DNA of 64,000 nucleotides from Orbicella franksi (Eukaryota): NCBI GenBank assembly GCA_964199315.1, contig OZ116707.1, positions 9,052,001 to 9,116,000 of the forward strand, read 5' to 3'. Shown piece by piece: positions 25,634 to 35,679 of this stretch (position 1 is its first letter; each line of letters starts with the position of its first letter). The notes under the pieces were generated by a model. It saw only the letters and a program-made list of their open reading frames with translations, ran no database searches and was not told where the DNA came from. The position numbers and the translations under genes were made by a program.

Positions 25634-27462
25634 ATGGATTTTTTTGTGGCTCTGATGAGGGTAGCTTACAGTTGGAAAAGAAAGCGAAGTCGGTCGTACA
25701 TTTCAGTGTTGAGTATGACTTTTCTTGCGGGGTTTTTATATTTTGCCGCGGGGCCAGTTTTTGTCGACCAAGCAAGACTTGAGAGAGAACTGAAAGTCAA
25801 TAACATCGCCTTTGTCATGCAGCTGAAAGCGGCCAACAATGGATATCTTTACGCTTATAGATTCAAACACTGCATAGCATCCATTTGTAAACACTCCAGT
25901 ATTGGTCTCACAGTTCACATCTTTGCTAATTCTTTTGGTAAAAGCCAGTCGTCGAAAATTCTTGAAGTACTAGCTGCTAATTGCGTAAATGGCTTCAGTG
26001 TTAAATTCTACGATGTTGATGAAGTGTTAGAAATAGTTTTACCATCTATAAACGTGATTCAGGTGAGTAAACTTTATGTGAGACGATGAGTTATTATTTT
26101 CATTGTATAGTAGTCATTGATCTTTATAACACCTAGATATGCACCTTTACATCTCGGATATTAGAATCAATTGTGTGTACGTTGGGTATTCATGGAGTAT
26201 TGAATTCACTGCAAAACATCATAGATTTTCTTGCTCTCTTTAATTGTAAAGCCATATGTCCACACACATACCCCTTGACGTTTGTGAACGCGTGCGATTT
26301 TTCTACGTCCACACGACTCCGGCGATCGTTTTCGGATAGTTAATGTATGAGTTTTAAACGCTCAAAATTCTATCAAACGAAGAAGCCTGGGTATGAGACT
26401 GGCTTTATAAATCTCCGTACGTTGCGGGTGCGGATCGGAAAAGGAAGGGATTTGATTTCTGTTTGTGACTTTATCTAAAGCTTAAACGTTCACAAAAACT
26501 AAAAGCATATGCTTGGACATATGTGCACATGTTTGATCAAAATTGACATGATCAGCCATGTCGCCCCATCTCTGACCATGTGTGCAAACTCTGACGGAGT
26601 TTTTCTTTCAAGATTTTATCATATTTACGCGAATCGGAATACAGAATTAGCAATTATTGCCTAAATTTTGCGTTAATTTTGTTGTGGTCAGAAACAGGGG
26701 AGAAACAACTTCAATTTTAGCTGCTCTGTTCCAGTCGCCCGTTTACGTTATTTGTCCTATTTGACTTCGGTTTCTTTAATTTCTGAATGCCAGTTTGGTT
26801 TGTTTGTTTTTATCTTTATTTTTCAGGACGCTATTGAAGTTGGCGGTCGCAATAATAGGAGAGAAGCTCTTTTCTATCTTCCCATTTTCATGAATCTTAT
26901 TCTTCCTGAAGATGTGTCCAGGGTCATTTTGTTAGATGTAGACTTCTTTTTTTACACTGACATCAAGCAGCTATTTGATCATTTCGACAACTTTAGAAAC
27001 ACAACTCTCTTTGGTTTAGCTTTGGTGCAAGAGCCGGTTTACAGAAGGGACTTTGAAAAATACAGAGAGGAGCATCCGGGAACAAAGATAGGTGATCCAC
27101 CCCCCAATGGCAGGACGGGATATAGCAGAGGTCTCACCATGATTCACCTCGATAACATGCGAAGATCAGAGCGTTACTATAGTATCCTGTTGTACAACGA
27201 GGTAAAAAAATACGCAGAAAAATATCAATTTCAAGGGACTCGAGCTCAGCAAGATTTCTTTGTACTGTTGGACGCAGAACACCATGAAGATCTGTTTTAC
27301 GTTGTTCCCTGTCAATGGAATCGTCAGTTATATCGCGGTCTTTCACGAGATGTTGATTTTGATAAGTTTCATAATTGCCCAAAACCTATTCACGCCTACC
27401 ACGGAAACGGTGTAGCAAGAATGCCCACGATGAATAATTTTCATCAGTTTTTGTTTGACTGA
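25634..27462 (+). CDS. XXYLT1: Xyloside xylosyltransferase 1-like GT8 glycosyltransferase (~354 aa, type II membrane)
   Basis: Exons 25634-26062 and 26827-27462 (phase 0). TM segment after basic KRKR; DVD (DxD) motif; EPVYR...HPGTKIGDPPPNG, KYQFQG, QDFF, CQWNRQL and YHGN match the XXYLT1 family as recalled. It may be a paralog rather than the ortholog. Confidence 0.85.
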
Positions 27463-27504
27463 GATGGACGAAAAAGAGCTCAGCTTAGAGAAAAGCCGGT
27501 CTGG

Positions 27505-27650
27505 GTTATTTTCCCGGGAGAAAAACTTGGTGGGGGTGTGCGGCCCGCTTCCCCAAACCCTTACCCTATTTCAATCGAAAATCTGCGATTTTTCCTACCC
27601 TATTTACAGACCTAACCCTTAAATCAGTACCCTATTTCAGACCTGCCTGA
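27505..27650. repeat. Inverted partial copy of the right end of the 11586-11979 element
   Basis: GGGTGTGCGGCCCGCTTCCCCAAACCCTTACCCTATTT matches the reverse complement of about 11910-11960. Confidence 0.6.
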
Positions 27651-28277
27651 ATAGCCTTCCACTGCTTTTCCCTGTCCTTCTTTCAAAGACTTGAAATTAA
27701 GTTGGATAGACCATATTCAATTGCTTCCATGAACGTCATATCCTTAAGCATATCCGAGGACAAAAGCTGAATGAAAAAGATTTTTGTGGTACTTGAACTC
27801 AGCAAACATTTGCTCTGCGAGTTGTGTCGTTGATCGCGCGCGAAGTCATGACGTATAGTCAGTACTTGTTTGTTCATTGGTTAATGTGTATTTACGTCAC
27901 CGGTGGAAAGATCCACCGGTAAAATTTGGCGCGCTGCAAGTGGGAAAAGTCCTTTCCAACGGCGAGACCAACAGGCCAGGGATGAATTATTGGAAAGAAC
28001 TTTTAGAAAGTCTATCTTGGAACAGCACATACTTATATAGCCCATGTAAGGGAGTACCCTAAACCTCTTCGCTACAAATAACGTATACAAGGTTCTTAGG
28101 AATTTAAATGCATGAAACAGGACGATTTTGTACATCCTCAAGTAAAAAATAAATAAATAATAATAATAATAATAAAAAAAACAAATAAGGTCTTACGAGA
28201 TCACCGGTGGTTGAAATACAAGGACGAAATTATATATTACTACCAAATTAATAAGGATCTGAAAACGTGTATAGGGC

Positions 28278-29050
28278 GGGTGTCTGGAAAACCCGAATAG
28301 CGGATAGCGAATAGTACGAATAGTCCCAAATAGTGCGAATGGTGAGGAATAGTCGTCAATAGTCACCACTTTGGTTCAGCACTGATCTGGATCCGTTGAA
28401 ATTTATCACAGGGAGCAATAGCGTTTCTCTGCGGACGCTAATAGATTCGACAAAGCACGATCTGTGAAAAAAACAAAACAAAACAAAAAAAAAACAATAA
28501 AGTACAAATGTGAGACAAGTGGTCTGTGATTAGTTTATCAACTGAAAAGACACAAACGAGCTGATCTGATAACTGGTTATAAAACTTCCCGTGAACAAGA
28601 ACGCCTAAGCTATATCTTCCGTTAATTATCCAAATAAGCAACAGAATTTCAGTGAATTTATATTACCTTTTCTTCCCAGGACTCAGTCTAGGGTTGTCTA
28701 TCACTGACATCAAGAAAACAGAAAACACAAGGATAGCCTAATAAAGACGTATTTACGCTTTTGCAGCGGTGAAAACAGAAGAAATTACGTTCAGAAACAC
28801 CTTTTGTCCTGTTAAGCGTCTACGCTTTTTAGCGGGAAAATCAAATCCCACGTTGCTGCGAGGTTAATTGCGAGGCACTGGGTACCAAAATTTCAGTCAT
28901 TCGTCGCTATCCCCACCCCATTTGCCACTATTCGCAACTGTTCGCTACTATTCGCACTATTAGTACTATTCGCTTTTCGCTTTTCGCTATTGGGGACTAT
29001 TCGCTATTCGCGACTATTCGCTATTCGCTATTCGGGTTTTCCAGACACCC
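28278..29050. mobile_element. Non-autonomous Mutator (MULE)-like element, 773 bp
   Basis: 25-bp perfect TIR GGGTGTCTGGAAAACCCGAATAGCG; subterminal (GCGAATA)/(TATTCGC) arrays; 9-bp flanks GTATAGGGC (28269-28277) and GTATAGAGC (29051-29059) with one mismatch. No transposase. Confidence 0.8.
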
Positions 29051-30671
29051 GTATAGAGCCGCCCCTGAGATGCTCCAAATTTTTTCAAAAAGTTGCTCAA
29101 CAGTTGCCCCAAAAATCAAAAAGTTGCTCCAAAATCTGCAAAATTGTTTCATATTTTCTACAAGAAAATGTTAATTACCTTACCAAAGAACCTTTTATCA
29201 CTGATTCTTGACCCCTGAACATTTAATAGTCTGCTAAAACGAGCTGCAACCTTTTTTGTTATTTCCGTTCATTGTTTCACCCAACCATCAATATTATGAA
29301 TTTTGAATTTGCAAAAAGGAGTTATAATAACACTATTTTCCACGGACGTTCTTAGCACCTGCGGGGTTAATTTCTATTTTTCTCGGTCGGGATATCTCAG
29401 CCCTATCTGGTATGGATAGTTTCCAACCCACTGTGGCTGCTGCCTCAAGTGCTATTTAAGAGGGAATCCACCAGAAGTTCTAGTAACAAGTGAACAAAAA
29501 CCTAGTACCAAGATTATTTACATCGTATTGCAAACTTCTGTACGACTGTTTTAAATATGTTCTCAAAAAAACTCATTTCTAGCAACAACAAACGTCGAAA
29601 ACAAATGTTCAGTTGAACTTTGTATGAAACACTTGAAAGTACTGGTGAGATGAAACTGATGATGAAATTTTACCTGTGTTTGCCCAATTTCTCTGAACTT
29701 TGAAATTTATTTTCTATCACTCCCATGGGAATTTGATTTCGGTGTTATTTCAGGCGACTATTTTATATCTTCAGCTTTAAGAAATGTAAAAAGGACTGTA
29801 AAATACTGAAAATTATTCTGGTACCCAGATTTTTGTCCACTAAAAACTGAAATTGCTCGATTGTCTATCGGATTTCGTCTTAAACTCTTCGGGGTCACTC
29901 GAGCAAGGCGTCGTGCTGCGCCATTTTGAATTTATCAATCCTCCGCTGACTATTTGAATCGTCTTTTCAAACCACAGGCAAACCAGTGGGAACAATGCCC
30001 CACAATGTGTAAAACTTAGAAATGTTTTGAAAACTATACCATATGTGACGGCTGTGACCAAAAAGACGAAAAAAATGCTTCATAAGTGCTTCATATGTCA
30101 GTTTGGTCTCGTTATATATTTGTGCGCCTAACTCAAGATCCAGCGGTAAAGTCGTCTGTAACGAAAACTACGATTTAGAAACATCTGAATGGAGAAACTC
30201 TTTCGAAATGAAACAAACTGCGAATATTCAATAACAGCGAAGAATAACGTTCTGAACGGGAAACACACACAGACACAAAAAGTTTGCAGAGTGTTGTCTT
30301 TGTGTTATCTTTACAAAGACATTACCACACTATTCGTCGAAGAAAAAGAAGAAGTTACGACACAGAATTTAGTATTTTTTAAACTTGTACTCACTAGTTT
30401 ATTTATGCTCAGTTTACAGTTACACGTTTTACTGAAACTAGAATACTAGCTTATGCCTGCTGCTAGTTAATTGTCTGTGGAACCGCATCGGTAACCTCAC
30501 GCGAAATCTTGCCTTCCATACTGTAAAAGATGAAAAATATATGGGCATAAGTCAGCTTTCTTGTAATTTAATTATTTCAATTATTTGGCTTCAGTGGTTT
30601 GTGCGTGTGTCTATAGCCGTACAGTGGAGATCTGGTTCATGCGCTGTGTTCTTGGGCTAGACGCTTCAGTC

Positions 30672-32429
30672 TTACTGTTCAGTTAGAAAAAGGCTGGACA
30701 AGTGCGGGGGAAGGAGGAGTGGGGGTGTGGGGGAGTTGGGGGGAGGGTGGGGGCGGGAATGGCAGGCAACACAAGGATGCAAGCATCCCCCCAAGACCAG
30801 CGGTACTCCTACTTGCAGGTATATCTAAGAGGTGATGTGTTTCTGAAGCCTATCTTGGACAGTCGCCCAGTCGCCTTAGAATAAAGGCTCTGGGGAAAAC
30901 TGTCGCGATGTTCTTGCATGAAAATGCAAAGTTAAGGCAGGCCATACCAGGAACGTAATCTCATAACAATCTTGAGTATGAACAAAATCACATCACGTAC
31001 CAACTGACGGCGTCCGTAGCATTCCGGAGGCGTAACAAAGCAGATATGGGTGCAGCAATAATTTTGAGGGAAGATTCTACCATACAGGCTCTCAACCTAA
31101 CGGAAAGTAGTTAAAAAGGAAAGACACATCGATCACACAGGAGGTTATGTGAAGAAGGCAAGTCACCTGTTTACCAAAACTATGCCATGCAAAGCAGTGT
31201 TCTTCGTGTTCAGCCTCTACTAAACTACTCATGAATTACGCCTAATTAAGTAAGTGATAAGGGGGTACTCCCTTGTATGGGCCATATAGGTATGTGCGGC
31301 CCCAAAGGGTGTGGTTTTTCAGCCGTTTTGGTCATAAATAGAGTATCGATTTTTGGCCACTAGGGTATGGTTTTAGCACTGTAGTCTTGAATTGGGTATG
31401 TTTTATAGAAGAAGCTTCTTTTTCATCATTATCGATAAGAGCATCAACAAAAGCCCTTCATAAATTATGCTAAGGGCACCTGCGCCAGCCGCAACGGTCG
31501 TAAACTGGGAGTATCTAACTTTTGGTCATGTCATGAATAGGATAGGAAAAATCGCTGATTTTGGTACTTTTATTAACTGAGGCAATAAGAACTCGAGCAA
31601 ATACATACCATAAACTGCGGCTTATATTGGGGGCGGGAGGGCGTTGAGGGGGGGGGGGGGGGCTTCTAAGCGGAATAAAAGACCATTTCAAAACTAGAGC
31701 TACAGCAGTGTTTATCGAAATATGTTTTTTTCATATAATGGTTTTTAATTAAGCTTTAAAGCATTACAATAAATCGAATTCTTTCATTTTAAAGGAAAAA
31801 AAGGGGCTTTTATCTGGGGGGGGGGGTATAATCGGAAGTAATGTTTTTTTTCTGGGAGATGCCACCTTTAACCTGAGGGGCTTATATGCGGCGTTTTACG
31901 GTATCACGGGCCAAGCGTGGGGCAGATATGCTAATTGAGATAAGCGCGGGAAAATGTTCCTAATACTGAGCTGTGTCTCAGGCAACACACAGATGGGTCT
32001 GACTTCGTTCCTGACTGGATAATACAGAATGGCATGTTTTATCTATTACAGGGTTGGACCGAATCGCAAGAATTTACTGAACCAACTAGGAAGCTTAGCA
32101 AAGACATGTTTGTCTCGACAGTGGAGCGTAAGCTGCTCTATTACCTCATTACCATCTTCATCTTCTTTTTGCTCCACTGGTTCATCTAGTTCATATAGTT
32201 CATCTGGTTCATCTTGTTCAGCTGGTTCATCTTGTTCATCTGGTTCATCTTGTTCAGCTGGTTCATATAGTTCATGTGGTTCATCTTGTTCATCTTGTTC
32301 ATCTGGTTCATCTTGCTCAGCTGGTTCATATTGCTCGTCTGGGTCATCTTCAAACACAGGAAGCTCCTTCTCCAATTTGAACGCCACCGCCAGGGAAATG
32401 AGCAAGATGAAAGCAGCTGCAACACGCAT
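30672..32429 (-). CDS. Secreted peptide precursor (127 aa): signal - acidic E-x-x repeat pro-region - R|IFPQNYCCTHICFVTPPECY-GRR; predicted amidated two-disulfide toxin/neuropeptide-like peptide
   Basis: Exon 32429-32145 (signal MRVAAAFILLISLAVA plus acidic repeats; donor GAG|gtaata). Phase-0 exon 31096-31001 (pyrimidine-rich acceptor ...ttccgttag; VESLYGRIFPQNYCCTHICFVTPPECYGRRQL; donor TTG|gtacgt). Terminal acceptor (ctaac branch, ...gaacag|TAA) at 30674. Non-coding first exon ending at 33037 (AAG|gtgaga), TATA at 33132-33125, AATAAA at 30403-30398. The unspliced ORF 32429-32046 gives an alternative C-terminus. Confidence 0.7.
31261..31567. mobile_element. Truncated copy of the 11586-11979 element, inside the peptide-gene intron
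   Basis: High collinear identity (ATAGGTATGTGCGGCCCCAAAGGG...GTAGTCTTGAATTGGGTATG...TTTTTCATCATTATCGA). Confidence 0.75.
31606..31903. mobile_element. MITE with TACCGTAAAA-type imperfect TIRs and internal G-runs, in the peptide-gene intron
   Basis: Left end TACCATAAACTGCGGCTTATA versus right end TATATGCGGCGTTTTACGGTA. Confidence 0.5.
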
Positions 32430-33124
32430 CTTGAGATCCTTCGTTTTTGTAAAAAAATGTTTTAATAACCCTTTCCATTAGTCGCAAGTTCAAAATATTA
32501 TTTTTTTTAATCAGTCGTGTTAGCTTTGAAAATTTGGTGATGAACGCGATGTATTTCACGTTCGTCTCATCTGCCAGCGTGTGGACGATGTTGCCGATAT
32601 TGATAGCTACTTAAGGTAGAGAATAAGTCTGTTATTTACCGGCCTTGTTTTGTCCATACAGAGAAACACTGTACTTCACGTGAAACTTAGGGCTCAAAAT
32701 AATTTACATGTCATATTGCCTATATCTACTTGCTCACTTACTTGTGCAGGTTAAAAAGCATGTCCACTGACGATATCATAAAGGTTTTCCATAGAGTGCT
32801 TTCTCTTAACATGACGTAAAGGCTTTATTCGAAATGTAAGAAAAAAGAACATCGAGCCCCTGAGGTAATTTCAATTACTGAATCTCAAATTTTTTCGTGT
32901 TTGTTTAGCAAATGATGACAAAGCGAAAAAAAAAACTGTTTTCGGTCCTATTGAATCTAGCAACGTCAAATTAAAGCAATGAAAGCTAACAATTTTAACT
33001 CATTGGAAAAACAAAACTGTCAAGGATATATCTCACCTTTTCTGACTTTCGTTTCAGGTTCACACTTGGAAAGTTCTTTGCTGGACTGCACTCAGTGTGG
33101 TTTGTCCTCTTGAAGTAACACGGC

Positions 33125-33132
33125 TTTTTATA
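33125..33132 (-). promoter_or_regulatory. TATA box (TATAAAAA) of the secreted peptide gene
   Basis: TATAAAAA on the minus strand about 90 bp before a strong donor at 33037, consistent with a TSS near 33100 and a short non-coding first exon. Confidence 0.6.
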
Positions 33133-33714
33133 ATGATGATGATCTCAATTGATGCCCAATAATGAACCCTGGCGTGCGTTGTTAACAACTCATTTGATCA
33201 ATTTGACCGGAAGGAAATGGTTTGTGACCAAACTGCAGAGACCACTCGAGATTTGAAAGCACAATTAACTTGTTTTCCATGCATAAAACTCAATAAATTA
33301 GGCGATCGATCGAAGTAACTGCATGAACGAATCACGTTTGTTTTTTAATCTCGACTCCAATCCGCTTTCACAGGTACCTTGTCATTCCGTTGATAGTATT
33401 GAAAAAATTGGAAAAAAAAACATAAGTCAGTGGAATCGCCTTTTGACAAACATTCTTCTCATTTCATACACTGTTCGCTCAGCCATGTAATTGCCATTTT
33501 AATTTAACATTCAAAATCGATCAAAGTCGATGGACCGTTCACCCTGTATTCGCACCGGTTCAGGCCAAACAGATTGAAGGACAAACAATTAAGATATTTT
33601 TGAATAAAAACTTGTAAAACCCTGCAAACATGGGTACGGTGTCTAAATTCTATCGTCACATTGAATTAAACGAATTCTCTTAGATAAAAAGTCAGCCGGT
33701 GCTGGCCGCACAGT

Positions 33715-34036
33715 TCCGTTTCCTGTCACAGGAAGCGGATACTAATTTGCAAATCCTGTATTTCCATATTCTGTTTTATTTATACCCAAGGGTAACTCTT
33801 TGGCAGCACGTCAGAGGGGTAATCGTCCAGCTGAGGTACCCTTGTCGATGCAAAAGAAACCTAATACTCCTCTGAAGCGTTCTAATAGGGCACAATAAGG
33901 GATTTTATCGAACCCAAATGCGTTGATATCAGGACCTTGACTTGGTTTCTCAAACGAATTTAGGATCTGCATGATTGGCTTTTGCGAATTTTGGCGCGGT
34001 AACACGGCGTATCCGCTTCCTGTAACAGGAACCGGA
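33715..34036. mobile_element. MITE-like element with about 28-bp TIRs containing ACAGGAAGCGGATAC
   Basis: 33715-33742 is the near-exact reverse complement of 34009-34036; a third degenerate copy lies at about 34068-34091. Confidence 0.55.
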
Positions 34037-34199
34037 TAATGAGGTGATTAGAATCTTATTGTTATTACAGGATATCCGCTTCTTGTAACATTAACGAGGT
34101 AACGAGCTTTGAAACAGGAGAGTCTGGGCGCGAGACTGAGGATTAATAGCACCTGCCTTGTGGCACGAGAATAACTCGAGCACAGTGGGGCAGTTATTA

Positions 34200-35100
34200 G
34201 CTAATTATTGAGTAAGTTTGAAGTGAAGATGGCTAGATCCTGGCAAAGTCCTTTTCAGTTCCTGCTTGTTCTTGAACCTCAACTGCGCGTCGTTCCATAG
34301 CGGCACGCAAAAAAGAACGAGACCAATATATATGGGTTATTGACCAACTGTGAAGTCAATATGGCTGGATAGTACGCTATTCGCACCAGTCCCTTACTAA
34401 GCGAGTGTAAATAAGAGCGCTGCATCTCATTTCAGTCACGTAAGAATCCTTTGGCTGTTGGCAGCCGCAACATTCTCCCTTGCTTCTATGCGCTACCGTG
34501 CTTCTCATTTCCTCACCCTCCCTTTCCCTATCCTTTTAAGCTTCCAACTCACTCAAGCCTGGTCGCATTTCTCTATCTCTTATTCAGTGAGCGTGAAACG
34601 GACTGTCGCGAATGTTGACCTCGTTCTTTTTTTTGCGTGTCTATGGACCGAGATGGAGTCGAGATTCATAAACACGAGAAAAAAGGAACGAGACCAATAT
34701 CCTGCCATTTTAACCGAACAAGGTTGGTCAGTAAAGAATTTTAATATTTCATGGCTTTAAGGGAAATTTCTCTTGCGGGACCCGGCGGGTGGCCCCGAGC
34801 GGGCAGGATAGCCGTTACTTTTGCCCGCTTTATCTTGCCCACATGTAATAAAGCTGGATATTGAACAAGTTCTTTTTTTGCTTGTTTATTGACCTCTACT
34901 GCGTCTCAGTCCATAACGAAACGCAAACAAGAACGAGGCCAACATCAGATCGTCTTGAGAAAACAAGGTTCAAGGGACCTGGTTAATAAATCTATTACAT
35001 GGGATAAGGAACTCTTTTTCCGTGAGAAAAACAGTGGATAATCCCAGGCGTTCAAAATAACCCAACTTTCCCGCTGGGCGTGATAATTGAATCGCTCTTG
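34200..35100. repeat. Cluster of three degenerate copies of an interspersed hairpin repeat (AAAAAAGAACGAGRCCAAYAT core)
   Basis: The core recurs at about 34309, 34679 and 34928, each preceded by a complementary GTTCTT..T/GC segment. Confidence 0.5.
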
Positions 35101-35679
35101 GACACATGGAAATCCGAGTCCTTTCAGTGGTGCGAGGCTCAGTGACCGTTCACCTAAGTGTGGCGGTCGTCGCTTTGGAGGAAGCCGACTGCAAGGCATT
35201 CCGGGAAGGCATCCAATCGCTCCCCGGTCGGGACGTCTTACAGTTTTATTATCAGGACAAACCGGTACAAACCTGTATTGATCTGATAATGAGTTTATAA
35301 TGGTTACTGCTGGCATTGAACCAATTATTAATGTTCCCTTTATTTAGCTGTCTTCCATGACACAGATCTTCAAAGAATAACATTAATTGTTGGTTACTTA
35401 AACTCTCAAAATAGGGAGGAAAGTGCTGAAAACACAGTTAAAAAAACATGATAACTTGAATTCGCAGAATAACAATTTAACAGTGTTGCTTGGCATTTCC
35501 GAAGTACTAAACAGTATTACTGAGAGCTACAAAGTGTGAAATTAAACTGGGTTAGTACGATGGTTTGGTTAAAGGATCAGTCGGTTAGACATATAGATGA
35601 GACAAATTAACAGCAATGAAAGCAAATGGATTAAAGGTGAAATAGGAACATGGTAGTTATCAAAATGAACTCGACTTTT

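Noticed and set aside
28278-29050. Short repeated GCGAATA units might suggest a CRISPR or iteron array
   Set aside because: Eukaryotic context, no unique spacers, and the units are mirrored inside TIRs of a transposon.
31019-31057. CCTHIC resembles the insulin A-chain CCTSIC
   Set aside because: Spacing to the last Cys is 6 rather than 8, and the precursor has no B-chain cysteines, so it is not an insulin-like peptide.
32055-32072. KFLRFG in the unspliced ORF resembles an FLRFamide neuropeptide
   Set aside because: The Gly is followed by PTL rather than a basic cleavage site, it is a single copy, and it lies in what is probably intron.
32029-32481. Ser-rich + strand ORF and N/Q/M-rich ORF 32186-32425
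   Set aside because: These are antisense or alternative-frame shadows of the 9-bp coding repeat.
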